A DNA stretch of 64,000 nucleotides from Octopus vulgaris (GCA_951406725.2 OX597828.1:58776001-58840000), one strand, 5' to 3'; shown: positions 13,701 to 26,114, numbered from the stretch's first letter. The notes: generated by a model from the letters alone, not told the origin. Numbers and translations are program-made.

Positions 13701-16700
13701 CAAGTGCTTTCGCTATAGATATAAACTCTGCCAGCAAGTGCTTTCGCTATAGACATAGACTCTGCCAGCAAGTGATTTTGCTATAGACATAGACTCTGCC
13801 AGCAAGTGCTTTCGCTATAGACATAGACTCTGCCAGCAAGTGCTTTGGCTATCAACATATACTCTGCCAGCAAGTGCTTTGGCTATAGACATGGACTCTA
13901 CCAGCAAGTGCTTTCGCTATAGACATAGACTCTGCCAGCAAGTGCTTTTGCTATAGACATAGACTCTGCCAGCAAGTGCTTTCGCTATAGACATAGACTC
14001 TGCCAGCAAGTGCTTTCGCTATAGACATAGACTCTGCCAGCAAGTGCTTTGGCTATAGACATATACTCTGCCAGCAAGTGCTTTCGCTATAGACATAGAC
14101 TCTGCCAGCAAGTGCTTTCGCTATAGACATAGACTCTGCCAGCAAGTGCTTTGGCTATCAACATATACTCTGCCAGCAAGTGCTTTGGCTATAGACATGG
14201 ACTCTACCAGCAAGTGCTTTCGCTATAGACATAGACTCTGCCAGCAAGTGCTTTTGCTATAGACATAGACTCTGCCAGCAAGTGCTTTCGCTATAGACAT
14301 AGACTCTGCCAGCAAGTGCTTTCGCTATAGACATAGACTCTGCCAGCAAGTGCTTTCGCTATAGACATAGACTCTGCCAGCAAGTGCTTTTGCTATAGAC
14401 ATAGACTCTGCCAGCAAGTGCTTTCGCTATAGACATAGACTCTGCCAGCAAGTGCTTTGGCTATAGACATATACTCTGCCAGCAAGTGCTTTCGCTATAG
14501 ACATAGACTCTGCCAGCAAGTGCTTTCGCTATAGACATAGACTCTGCCAGCAAGTGCTTTGGCTATAGACATATACTCTGCCAGCAAGTGCTTTCGCTAT
14601 AGACATAGACTCTGCCAGCAAGTGCTTTCGCTATAGACATAGACTCTGCCAGCAAGTGCTTTCGCTATAGACATATACTCTGCCAGCAAGTGCTTTGGCT
14701 ATAGACATAGACTCTGCCAGCAAGTGCTTTGGCTATAGACATATACTCTGCCAGCAAGTGCTTTGGCTATAGACATATACTCTGCCAGCAAGTGCTTTGG
14801 CTATAGACATATACTCTGCCAGCAAGTGCTTTGGCTATAGACATATACTCTGCCAGCAAGTGCTTTGGCTATAGACATATACTCTGCCAGCAAGTGCTTT
14901 GGCTATTGACATATACTCTGCCAGCAAGTGCTTTGGCTATAGACATATACTCTGCCAGCAAGTGCTTTGGCTATAGACATATACTCTGCCAGCAAGTGCT
15001 TTGGCTATAGACATATACTCTGCCAGCAAGTGCTTTGGCTATAGACATATACTCTGCCAGCAAGTGCTTTGGCTATAGACATATACTCTGCCAGCAAGTG
15101 CTTTGGCTATTGACATATACTCTGCCAGCAAGCCAGCAAGTGCTTTGGCTATAGACATATACTCTGCCAGCAAGTGCTTTGGCTATAGACATAGACTCTG
15201 CCAGCAAGTGCTTTGGCTATAGACATATACTCTGCCAGCAAGTGCTTTGGCTATAGACATATACTCTGCCAGCAAGTGCTTTCGCTATAGACATAGACTC
15301 TGCCAGCAAGTGCTTTGGCTATAGACATAGACTCTGCCAGCAAGTGCTTTCGCTATAGACATATACTCTGCCAGCAAGTGCTTTCGCTATAGACATATAC
15401 TCTGCCAGCAAGTGCTTTGGCTATAGACATAGACTCTGCCAGCAAGTGCTTTGGCTATAGACATATACTCTGCCAGCAAGTGCTTTGGCTATAGACATAG
15501 ACTCTGCCAGCAAGTGCTTTGGCTATAGACATATACTCTGCCAGCAAGTGCTTTCGCTATAGACATAGACTCTGCCAGCAAGTGCTTTCGCTATAGACAT
15601 AGACTCTGCCAGCAAGTGCTTTCGCTATAGACATAGACTCTGCCAGCAAGTGCTTTGGCTATAGACATATACTCTGCCAGCAAGTGCTTTGGCTATAGAC
15701 ATAGACTCTGCCAGCAAGTGCTTTCGCTATAGACATAGACTCTGCCAGCAAGTGCTTTCGCTATAGACATAGACTCTGCCAGCAAGTGCTTTCGCTATAG
15801 ACATAGACTCTGCCAGCAAGTGCTTTGGCTATAGACATATACTCTGCCAGCAAGTGCTTTGGCTATAGACATAGACTCTGCCAGCAAGTGCTTTCGCTAT
15901 AGACATATACTCTGCCAGCAAGTGCTTTGGCTATAGACATATACTCTGCCAGCAAGTGCTTTGGCTATAGACATATACTCTGCCAGCAAGTGCTTTGGCT
16001 ATAGACATATACTCTGCCAGCAAGTGCTTTGGCTATAGACATAGACTCTGCCAGCAAGTGCTTTGGCTATAGACATATACTCTGCCAGCAAGTGCTTTGG
16101 CTATAGACATAGACTCTGCCAGCAAGTGCTTTGGCTATAGACATATACTCTGCCAGCAAGTGCTTTGGCTATAGACATAGACTCTGCCAGCAAGTGCTTT
16201 CGCTATAGACATATACTCTGCCAGCAAGTGCTTTGGCTATAGACATAGACTCTGCCAGCAAGTGCTTTCGCTATAGACATATACTCTGCCAGCAAGTGCT
16301 TTGGCTATAGACATAGACTCTGCCAGCAAGTGCTTTCGCTATAGACATAGACTCTGCCAGCAAGTGCTTTGGCTATAGACATATACTCTGCCAGCAAGTG
16401 CTTTGGCTATAGACATAGACTCTGCCAGCAAGTGCTTTCGCTATAGACATAGACTCTGCCAGCAAGTGCTTTCGCTATAGACATAGACTCTGCCAGCAAG
16501 TGCTTTGGCTATAGACATAGACTCTGCCAGCAAGTGCTTTCGCTATAGACATAGACTCTGCCAGCAAGTGCTTTCGCTATAGACATAGACTCTGCCAGCA
16601 AGTGCGTTGGCTATAGACATATACTCTGCCAGCAAGTGCTTTCGCTATAGACATAGACTCTGCCAGCAAGTGCTTTCGCTATAGACATAGACTCTGCCAG

Positions 16701-19700
16701 CAAGTGCTTTCGCTATAGACATAGACTCTGCCAGCAAGTGATTTTGCTATAGACATAGACTCTGCCAGCAAGTGCTTTCGCTATAGACATAGACTCTGCC
16801 AGCAAGTGCTTTGGCTATCAACATATACTCTGCCAGCAAGTGCTTTGGCTATAGACATGGACTCTACCAGCAAGTGCTTTCGCTATAGACATAGACTCTG
16901 CCAGCAAGTGCTTTCGCTATAGATATATACTCTGCCAGCAAGTGCTTTGGCTATAGACATAGACTCTGCCAGCAAGTGCTTTGGCTATAGACATATACTC
17001 TGCCAGCAAGTGCTTTGGCTATAGACATAGACTCTGCCAGCAAGTGCTTTCGCTATAGACATAGACTCTGCCAGCAAGTGCTTTGGCTATAGACATAGAC
17101 TCTGCCAGCAAGTGCTTTCGCTATAGACATAGACTCTGCCAGCAAGTGCTTTCGCTATAGACATATACTCTGCCAGCAAGTGCTTTGGCTATAGACATAT
17201 ACTCTGCCAGCAAGTGCTTTGGCTATAGACATATACTCTGCCAGCAAGTGCTTTGGCTATAGACATAGACTCTGCCAGCAAGTGCTTTCGCTATAGACAT
17301 AGACTCTGCCAGCAAGTGCTTTCGCTATAGACATAGACTCTGCCAGCAAGTGCTTTGGCTATAGATATATACTCTGCCAGCAAGTGCTTTCGCTATAGAC
17401 ATAGACTCTGCCAGCAAGTGCTTTCGCTATAGACATATACTCTGCCAGCAAGTGCTTTCACTATAGACATATACTCTGCCAGCAAGTGCTTTGGCTATAG
17501 ACATATACTCTGCCAGCAAGTGCTTTCGCTATAGACATAGACTCTACCAGCAAGTGCTTTCGCTATAGACATAGACTCTGCCAGCAAGTGCTTTCGCTAT
17601 AGACATAGACTCTGCCAGCAAGTGCTTTCGCTATAGACATAGACTCTACCAGCAAGTGCTTTCGCTATAGACATAGACTCTGCCAGCAAGTGCTTTGGCT
17701 ATAGACATAGACTCTGCCAGCAAGTGCTTTCGCTATAGACATAGACTCTGCCAGCAAGTGCTTTCGCTATAGACATATACTCTGCCAGCAAGTGCTTTGG
17801 CTATAGACATAGACTCTGCCAGCAAGTGCTTTGGCTATAGACATATACTCTGCCAGCAAGTGCTTTCGCTATAGACATAGACTCTGCCAGCAAGTGCTTT
17901 GGCTATAGACATAGACTCTACCAGCAAGTGCTTTTGCTATAGACATAGACTCTGCCAGCAAGTGCTTTGGCTATAGACATATACTCTGCCAGCAAGTGCT
18001 TTCACTATAGACATATACTCTGCCAGCAAGTGCTTTGGCTATAGACATATACTCTGCCAGCAAGTGCTTTCGCTATAGACATAGACTCTGCCAGCAAGTG
18101 TTTTCGCTATAGACATAGACTCTGCCAGCAAGTGCTTTCGCTATAGACATATACTCTGCCAGCAAGTGCTTTGGCTATAGACATATACTCTGCCAGCAAG
18201 TGCTTTGGCTATAGACATATACTCTGCCAGCAAGTGCTTTCGCTATAGACATAGACTCTGCCAGCAAGTGCTTTGGCTATAGACATAGACTCTACCAGCA
18301 AGTGCTTTCGCTATAGACATAGAGCAGTTCTTGTAAAAGAAATCTTCAATCCTTTGGATGGTGATCTGATTTCTTAACTTAGCCAAATGTGATTCAATGA
18401 TAAAAATGCTTTTGATCGAAGACACTTACCATTCCAGGGAATCAGATTGGTGCAATACTCTCAATGCAGCATCATAATTCTAAAAATAGTAACATAAAAT
18501 TATATTAGTTCTTTGTTTCGTAGAGCAATTATTTCTATAAATATGGCAACCTTCTTATTGCCAATAACTGAAAGAATGGACTTGGTATAGCGTGGAACAG
18601 ATTTTAGCATAACATGACTTGAGTTAAGCAGATGAATGTGCTTGTTGAGTCAGAAAGAGAGCCAAATCTTCTTCAACAAACTTTGTATTGCCTTTTAAAT
18701 GAAGGCAACATATTCATGTCCCAAACCTGAGGATATTTCACTTTATGATAAAGATGAGACGGTCACAGCCAGAACACTATCAAAACAAAGTTTACTCCTT
18801 TAGCATTTCACCATCCATATCTGGCCAAAATATTCTCTGTCTGCTTTACATTCAAACAGGCCTGATCTGGCCCATCATACCTACTCTACAATTCTAAAAG
18901 TAAACTACCACATCAATCGAAATTTTGAAGCTGTGAGATAATCCATGATTAATTCAAAGCAATGTGAATAGACAAGCATCCCATTTAACAGAATAATCTG
19001 AATGCTAAAGGGTTGACCTTCATTTACACACTGAACAACTGATATTAGCTATTTTTTTTTAGACAGCTGGACTAATGAGTTATTACTAATTGCTAGATTG
19101 TTGTCATGCATAACTGATTGATGCTAATTAACAATAATCCAATAACAATGACAAAATTTGGTATTTTATATATGGTGGCACGTAAAAAGCACCATCCATC
19201 CGTGGCCGTTTGCCAGCCCCGTCTGGCACCTGTGTCGGTGGCACGTAAAAAGCACCCACTACACTCACAGAGTGGTTGGTGTTAGGAAGGGCATCCAGCC
19301 GTAGAAACACTGCCAGATCAGACTGGGCCTGGTGCAGCCTTCTGGCTTCCCAGACCCCAGTTGAACCGTCCAACCCATGCTAGCATGGAAAGCAGACGCT
19401 AAATGATGATGATGATAATATATGTTTGGCTAACTTAGTTAAAACATATTCACAATATCATTTTTAAGAACGTGCATTTCAATGTCCATAATGTATGAAC
19501 AAAAATGAAAGAAGCAGGTGAAATATTTGAAATGACTTTTCCTGATATGTTCCGTCCATACTAGAATGCATTCGCTGGTCCCGTGAATGATATTTATAAT
19601 GAATTACTAGAGCAATTATTTTCAAACTGGAATCATTACTCAATCAACAAGTGGAACTGATATCTACTTTGTGATTCCATAAGCTGAAGTAATTCACTTG

Positions 19701-22700
19701 TTTAACGCTTTTGTTACCAGATAACACCTTTGTTTCATTTAATTTTTAAAGATTTGAAAAACGACAAATTTATTTACTTTGTCATTTAAGCTGGCATTTA
19801 GAATATAAATCAACACGGAATTTTAATGGAAGATCGTAACTTTAAAACAGGCTGTTTATATCAGAGTGAAGGGCAGACTCAGGCAAGCTTGCATCAAAAG
19901 GATTAAACAAATCATCATTTAACGTCCATTGTCCATGCTGGCATGGATTAGATGGTGTGACCAGAACTGGCAAGCTGTTGGGCTGCACCAGAATCCAGTC
20001 TGATTTAACATGGTTTCTATGGCTGGACGAAGCCCTTCCTAACATGCCAACCTCTTTACAGAGTGTGAAGGATGCTTTTACATGGCACTGCACAAGTGCT
20101 TTTATGTGGCACCACACGGGTGCTTTTCCATGGTACCACATGGGTACTTTTACATTACGTAGCACTGCACGGCACTTTTATGTGGTATTTCACAGGCCCT
20201 TCATGTGGCACTGCCAAGAGTGTTTTACACTCGGTCTTAATACTTTTGCTGAAAAAAAAAAGATTCGAGCGAGGTCGTTGCCAGTGCTGCCTGACTGGCC
20301 CCTGTGCCGGTGGCATGTAAAACGCATCCACTACACTCTCGGAGTGGTTGGCATTAGGAAGGGCATCTAGCTGTAGAAACTCTGCCAGATCAAGATTGGA
20401 GCCTGGTGCAGACATCTGGTTTGCCAGCCCTCAGTCAAAATCGTCCAACCCATGCTAGCATGGAAAGCAGACATTAAACGATGATAGAATCATAAATGTG
20501 GAAGAATTCAGAAATAAACGAGTTATGATCCTTGATGATGATGGGAGAAGTATCACAGATGTCGTCATAATACAGGATTGGTGAGGTATCTAATACTGCT
20601 AATGCAAGCAAGGAAATGCAGTCATTTAGAGTGATATTAATAGCTAGTGCACCACCACTTCCAAGACACACATATCTATCTGGTATGAAAACCTTACTAT
20701 TACATTTGACTTATCTCGCTGCATCAACTGGCAACATCAGAATTAAGGAGTACAGCTACATCTACAAAGCCATCTTATTTTTGTCAATAGAAGAAAATAA
20801 ATGTAAAACTAAATTAACAATAAAAAAAGGATATATTCATGGTTTTATTGTCTTTTATCTTTTACTTGTTTCAGTCATTGGACTGTGACCATGCTGGGGC
20901 ACTTGTCTTGAAGGAGTTAAATAAACTGACCCCCAGTAGTTATTTATTTTAAAACCTGATACTTACTTAACTAGTCTTTTTGGCTAAACTGCTAACTTAC
21001 AGGGACATAAATCAATACTGGTTGTAAGTGGGGTGGGGGACAAACAAAGACACACCTGGATATGTATACACACACACATATACAACAGGCATTTAGTTTC
21101 ACAGATACAAAGATACACACACAACAGTTTCAATCAACCAAATTTACTCACAGTGCACTGGTCAGCCTGGGGTTATAGTAGAAGATACTTGCCCAAGATG
21201 CTACACAGAGGGACTAAATCCAGAACCACGTGGTTGGGTAGCAAACTCCTTACCACACAGACTACGTACACTGCATCCCTGTGCTTCATGAGCAGCAGCT
21301 AAAAGAGTTGACCACAAGAAGAGCTGCCTCAGGAAAACTGCTCAACTCGGGCCTATAGGAAAAAGCAGACATAAAATGCAAATCACGATGATGTATTTAA
21401 GATCAAAAGTGAATGGTAAGCTTACCAATTCATTGAAATAAATAGAAGCAGCCATCAGCAGAAATGTGCTGTTGCTGATGTCCACGTTGCCACTCATCTT
21501 GGTATCCAGCTCATGAAGAATGGCATCTCTGAAAGTAAAAACAAACATATTGTTTTCAAGTTTGATTACTTTGATATGAAACTTAACAAAGTAACATCAT
21601 TTACCCTGATTAAATACAAGCATCCCACCTATTATGACAGCATTGAATGATAAGGTTGATGTTAGTGAACACTGTAGTTTGTTACATATTTTTATTTTTT
21701 AAAATTCCCTCACTTAACACATGTGCTTTAATGCAATTAATTATCACCTGCTCAATCGAAACATTTGTTTATAAAATATGGACAATGATAGATATCATCA
21801 TCATCATTTAACGTCCGCTTTCCATGCTAGCATGGGTTGGATGATTTGACTGAGGTTTGGCAAACCAGACTCCAATCTGATCTGGCAGAGTTTCTACAGC
21901 TGGATGCCCTTCCTAACGCCAACCGAGAGTGTAGTGGGTGTTTTTATGTGCCACCAACACGAGGGTCAGTTTGGTGGTACTGGCAATGGCCACGCCCAAA
22001 TGGTGCTTTTTATGTGCCACCTGCACAGGAGCCAGTCCAGCGGCACTGACAACAACCTTGCTCGAATGTTTCACGTCACACCAGCATAAGTGCTAATAAG
22101 GCGACACATAAAAAGCACCATTTGGGCATGGCTGTTGCCAGTACCACCAAACTGGCCCTCAAAAATGAAAAGGATTATTCAAATAAAAAAATAAACATGT
22201 AATGCATGTAGGAGGTGTCAGCCTCCACAATAACTACATTGAAGCCAATTCAATAATAGGTGCACAAGAAGGAATGCACTTCCTAATACCTTGAATGAAA
22301 CTGACTCAAAATGATGCCAACCTTCATTTCATTTTGGAACAAGTTCATCTCCCCCTCTAAGGATGTTCTACTCTCTAACAATACATGAGGCACAGGGCCA
22401 TACATTTAATAAAATTGCAAATAATCAATATTTAATCAATATACATAAGTTTTATCTTTTTAATTCATCTTTTTATTTCCTTAAACTATAAATCACATCA
22501 TATCTGTCAAGCGTATTACAAGGAGGTAAATAAGCTTCAACATTCAATGACAGGATCATCATCAACTCCTTTCTTCTGTTCAATAGACTAACAACGTTTT
22601 CAAATGTGCTGACTGTGGAATTTCCAAAATTCAATTCTAAAAGAATATTTCAAATCAACTTTAAGATTGAAAATAATGTCAAATTACAAATAAGTATTTC

Positions 22701-25322
22701 TAAGCTATTTCTATATTTTGCTTGTAGTGACCTTTTCAGCATTTCTGTTTTAAGAAGAATATCATCAACAGATGAGTTACCGTTTGTTTTCATTTGCTAA
22801 ATAGTCTGCCAACATTTTCACAGCTTGAAGTTCAGGACCATAAGTAGAATTCACTTCATCAAGTACAACTCCATATTTTCTCTGAGCAATAAATGCCCTG
22901 TACATTATTACATCTCTTTGGGTTTTCAAATCTGGGTTGTTTAGCTAAAAAACAAAAAAATAGTGAAAAGTGTGTTGACACAAATTCTAATAAAGTAAAA
23001 AAAAAAAGTTTTACTACAGCAAATATACGATATATATTCATGTACAACACTGCATAGTCTATTGTAAATATTTCGGAAACATTTTTTCACGCTGAGAGTT
23101 GCTGAAGCATGGAACAAACTGCCGGCGTCAGTTGTTAGTTGTCGGAGCACTGCATCCTTCAAAACTTCCATGCTTCCTGAGATTCGCCAACACTACACCT
23201 GATTTTCTCCCCTCCATACACAAGCTTGTATCTGACTCATACACTGTTCGCTTCCCAGACATTTCTACATTACTGCATATGCTTTATACACACTTTTGAC
23301 AAGTTGTGGTGCACCTGAGCACTGCATACAATAATTTCATTATTATTTATTAAAAAACATTTTGATCAGCGGATTGATTTTGAGTTATCTCCCTTGTCTC
23401 TTGTAGTTTTGGCTTTTAAATATCCTACGCGTATTATTTAGATGTAGAGTACAGAACGGTCCACTGATGTATTTACCCTGAAATTTTGTTGATAAACGGT
23501 AAAGGTGATGGTGCACGACCACTACCATCATTACTGATCAACAAAGTTAATGAACGAAAGAAACATTCTGGTTAACGAGCTTACCTCTCCCAAGGGGAAA
23601 CTATTCAATACAAGGAAATATCAACATTAATATTTATGAATTTACTGCACATTTATAAAAGTACTAGATTTCTCATAAAATAGCAGCCTGGATTTTGAAT
23701 CCAGCGACCCAAGTTCGCGTCTCGGTGGAACCTAGAAAGTTGACTTTTTTTTTTTATAGCTGCAGGCGTGGCTGTGGGTAAGAGATTTGCTTCCCATTCA
23801 CATAGTTTCGGGTTCAGTTACACTACGTAGCATCTTGGGTGTCTTCTACTATAGCATCGGATCGACCAAAGCCGTGCGAGTGGATTTGGTAGATGGAAAT
23901 TGAAAGAAACCCGATGTATCCCCGTAACTTAGCGGTTCGGAAAAAAGAAACCAACAGAATAGGTACCAAACTTAAAAAAAAAAAAGTTCTGGAACCGATT
24001 TGTTCGACTAAACTCTTTAAGGTGCCCCAGCATGGCCGTAGTCCCTTAAACAAAGCAAGTGAAAGATTTATACTAAAGATAATAAATAAGCAAAAAGAAA
24101 AAGAAGAGGGGAAAATGATTTTGGCCACAAAAATTTAAGTAGCCCGAATGAAGTGGATTTTATTGACAACAACCGGTGTTCGAATTGTGTCAGTCATTTT
24201 CCCAGTAAAAACAGTAAAAAATAAATTTAAATGGAAATTTTCATAGGAAAAGCAAAGAATTTCTAAAATGTTTTTTTGTTCAATCCTATTCACGAGGTAG
24301 AATAATTCCTTTCTATTTCGAGACCAAGTTCAGTTGTTTTGCAACTTCGTAAAGGGAAATATAACTTTATTCATGACAAACCAGGTTAGTCAATAACACT
24401 GCTTAAGGCAGACAACAATTGCAGCGTGGAAGGTGTTTGTAAGCCATTTAAGAAACACACAAAAACCGTTCGATTCACTGACAAAACTTCAGTGAATCAA
24501 ACGGTTTTTGTGTGTTTCTTAAATGGCTTACAAACACCTTCCACGCTGCAATTGTTTTCGTTCCAGCACACGATCTCAGATCAAGTCACTTGCTATGCAA
24601 GTACATCCCGTAAATTTGTAATTTAGGTTTTCTCAAAAAGAGATTAGCAACCTAAGAGAAAAAGAATTAAAGATTCTTGAAGTCAAGTCAACTGGAAGGA
24701 GACCTATTTCTTTACTACCCACAAGGGGCTAAACACAGAGGGGACAAACAAGGACAGACAAAGGGATTAAGTCGATTACATCGACCCCAGTGCGTAACTG
24801 GTACTTAATTTATCGACCCCGAAAGGATGAAAGGCAAAGTCGACCTCGGCGGAATTTGAACTCAGAACGTAAGGGCTGATGAAATACCGCTTGGCATTTC
24901 GCCCGGTGCGCTAACCACTCTGCCATCTCGCCGCCTTTTGGCAGGAGACCTGAGAGTAAGAGGAACAACAATTGGAAAGTCTAATGACAGTTGTTCTGAG
25001 AGGAAAGTTTCCCGAGGACTCTACCTTCTTGATCCTCCCAGGAATAACGGAAAGAGAGACACATGGACGTAAGGATCAACATTTGGGTGTAAATTCAAGA
25101 GTAAAATGTCAAAATAGAAATCAAAAGCGATTTATATTTTGAGGTGGTTCTTTACGCAAATCATAAAAACACAAAAGATATACCAATTATATTTAATAGA
25201 AGTAAACGAAAATTACGAGTACACACCCTCATTTTGTGAGCTTCGTTGATACATTGTTGGTAGTTTCCGATACAGAAAGAAGTCCGGATTTCAAAAAGTT
25301 CGTCTACAGTGTCGTTCGCCAT
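3604..25322 (-). CDS. COPE: Coatomer subunit epsilon (epsilon-COP), 10 coding exons, 300 aa
   Basis: Manually spliced: complement(join(3604..3657,4390..4464,5799..5867,7061..7216,8141..8222,10220..10273,18430..18479,21426..21528,22781..22944,25227..25322)) = 903 nt, open frame, all GT-AG with consistent phases. The protein [28 protein letters not shown]...RKYGVVLDE...FLLMAASIY...[14 protein letters not shown]...LLNGQAAC...[20 protein letters not shown]...[17 protein letters not shown] matches known epsilon-COP motifs throughout. Confidence 0.97.
4143..4330. mobile_element. piggyBac-like MITE family copy (others at about 8304-8520 and 18792-19015)
   Basis: TTAA-CCCTTTAGCATT terminus; related ~220-bp copies end in AATGCTAAAGGGTT and share internal sequence. 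Confidence 0.5.
4390..4464 (-). CDS. COPE: COPE exon 9 ([25 protein letters not shown])
   Basis: TTTCAG acceptor, GTAGGT donor, 75 nt. Confidence 0.95.
4831..5049 (+). mobile_element. tRNA-derived SINE, second family, in COPE intron 8
   Basis: Head GGCGAGCTGGCAGA...GAGTTCAAATTCC; 12-bp TSD AGTTTATAAAAG at 4819-4830 and 5050-5061; homologous to 24706-24938. Confidence 0.85.
5799..5867 (-). CDS. COPE: COPE exon 8 ([23 protein letters not shown])
   Basis: TTATAG acceptor, GTAAGT donor, 69 nt. Confidence 0.95.
6120..6617 (+). mobile_element. Retroposon 3' tail ending CCAACCCATGCTAGCATGGAAAGCGGAYGTTAAACGAT(GAT)n, with internal sub-repeats
   Basis: The same tail occurs at about 5437-5550, 10985-11165, 19174-19414, 19910-20080(-), 20263-20485, 21794-22160(-), 60990-61270(-) and 61743-61812. 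Confidence 0.75.
7061..7216 (-). CDS. COPE: COPE exon 7 ([52 protein letters not shown])
   Basis: TCTTAG acceptor, GTGAGC donor, 156 nt. Confidence 0.96.
7465..7582. mobile_element. Tc1/mariner-type MITE, 118 bp
   Basis: TA + CAGGGTGTCCACAAAG ... CTTTGTGGACACCCTG terminal inverted repeats. Confidence 0.75.
8141..8222 (-). CDS. COPE: COPE exon 6 ([27 protein letters not shown])
   Basis: TTTCAG acceptor, GTGAGT donor, 82 nt. Confidence 0.95.
9392..10110 (+). mobile_element. Internally deleted mariner element
   Basis: TIR GTCATCCCATAAAT / ATTTATGGGATGAC; decayed [32 protein letters not shown], then HRDNARPH and [18 protein letters not shown]. Confidence 0.85.
10220..10273 (-). CDS. COPE: COPE exon 5 ([18 protein letters not shown])
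   Basis: TTCTAG acceptor, GTAAGT donor, 54 nt. Confidence 0.94.
10666..10903 (+). mobile_element. Non-autonomous Helitron-like element
   Basis: A|TC 5' end (TCTGTATATATATAAAG), (TG)n, GC-rich subterminal segment, 3' CTAG|T end, no TSD. Confidence 0.55.
11320..11719 (-). mobile_element. Non-autonomous Helitron-like element
   Basis: On the minus strand: A|TCTATTATATAAAA start, subterminal hairpin CCATCCATTGGACGG, CTCG|T end. Confidence 0.55.
11988..18322. repeat. 34-bp tandem minisatellite, about 186 copies, in COPE intron 4
   Basis: Unit TAGACTCTGCCAGCAAGTGCTTT(C/G)GCTATAGACA with a second common variant site TA(G/T)AC; uninterrupted except for a 9-bp slip near 15130. Confidence 0.98.
18430..18479 (-). 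CDS. COPE: COPE exon 4 ([17 protein letters not shown])
   Basis: TTTTAG acceptor, GTAAGT donor, 50 nt. Confidence 0.94.
20862..21262 (-). mobile_element. Diverged CORE-type SINE (OR-like) in COPE intron 3
   Basis: Homologous to the reverse complement of 127-499. Confidence 0.7.
21426..21528 (-). CDS. COPE: COPE exon 3 ([34 protein letters not shown])
   Basis: TTTCAG acceptor, GTAAG donor, 103 nt. Confidence 0.95.
22781..22944 (-). CDS. COPE: COPE exon 2 ([55 protein letters not shown])
   Basis: Polypyrimidine tract plus TAG acceptor, GTAACT donor, 164 nt. Confidence 0.95.
23070..23346 (+). mobile_element. CR1-clade LINE 3' fragment in COPE intron 1
   Basis: [31 protein letters not shown]-terminal motif, 3' UTR and (ATT)n tail. 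Confidence 0.75.
23760..24066 (+). mobile_element. CORE-type SINE (OR-like)
   Basis: Homologous to 127-499. Confidence 0.75.
24414..24556. repeat. Near-perfect ~143-bp foldback, probably inverted Penelope-like pLTR fragments
   Basis: AACAATTGCAGCGTGGAAGG...CCTTCCACGCTGCAATTGTT arms; a longer relative lies at 60131-60300. Confidence 0.65.
24706..24938 (-). mobile_element. tRNA-derived SINE, second family, in COPE intron 1
   Basis: Reverse-complement homolog of 4831-5049; TSD TGGAAGGAGACCT / TGGCAGGAGACCT. Confidence 0.85.
25227..25322 (-). CDS. COPE: COPE coding exon 1 ([32 protein letters not shown])
   Basis: ATG at 25322; donor GTGTGT after 25227; conserved DELF...[11 protein letters not shown] motif. 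Confidence 0.93.
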
Positions 25323-25337
25323 GATGCTAACAGCGAG

Positions 25338-25358
25338 TGCGCATGCTCAGCCACGTAA
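25338..25358 (-). promoter_or_regulatory. Candidate cis-elements just upstream of the COPE ATG (TTACGTGGC, CREB3/XBP1-like; GCATGCGCA, NRF1-like)
   Basis: The motifs are seen 16-36 nt upstream of the ATG. Function is inferred only, and they could lie in the 5' UTR. Confidence 0.25.
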
Positions 25359-25518
25359 CATGTAGGAAACGTGTCTAGGAAGAAAAAAGGAAAGGAGCAG
25401 CATGTAGGGGAGATAAACACTTCAATATATACACAATATTTGAAGACGGAGTTACTGCCCATTAATCAGCCTTTGAAGATCAGAAACTAAGGAGGGCGTT
25501 TGAACATTGCCAAATATT

Positions 25519-25594
<76 letters not shown>

Positions 25595-25756
25595 TAAAGA
25601 TTTATAAAAACTTTCCAGAAATTTAGCATTTGAGTATATACGCGCATGTCTAGACATGCAACCACATGCATGAGAATACATACATGATACAAAGCTACAC
25701 ATGCACAGACTCCAAATACTTCACGCATACACACATATATACACAAATTGAATAAT

Positions 25757-25777
25757 ATACATACATACATACATACA

Positions 25778-25811
<34 letters not shown>

Positions 25812-25821
25812 CGTACATACA

Positions 25822-25855
<34 letters not shown>

Positions 25856-25861
25856 CGTACA

Positions 25862-25895
<34 letters not shown>

Positions 25896-25921
25896 CATAC
25901 ATACATACATACATACATACA

Positions 25922-25955
<34 letters not shown>

Positions 25956-25989
25956 CATACATACATACATACATACATACATACATACA

Positions 25990-26028
<39 letters not shown>

Positions 26029-26070
26029 CGTACATACATACATACATACATACATATATACGTACATACA

Positions 26071-26104
<34 letters not shown>

Positions 26105-26114
26105 CGTACATACA

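Noticed and set aside
11988-18322. CRISPR-like array (34-bp repeat length)
   Set aside because: The units are contiguous with no unique spacers, there are no cas genes, and the context is a eukaryotic intron.
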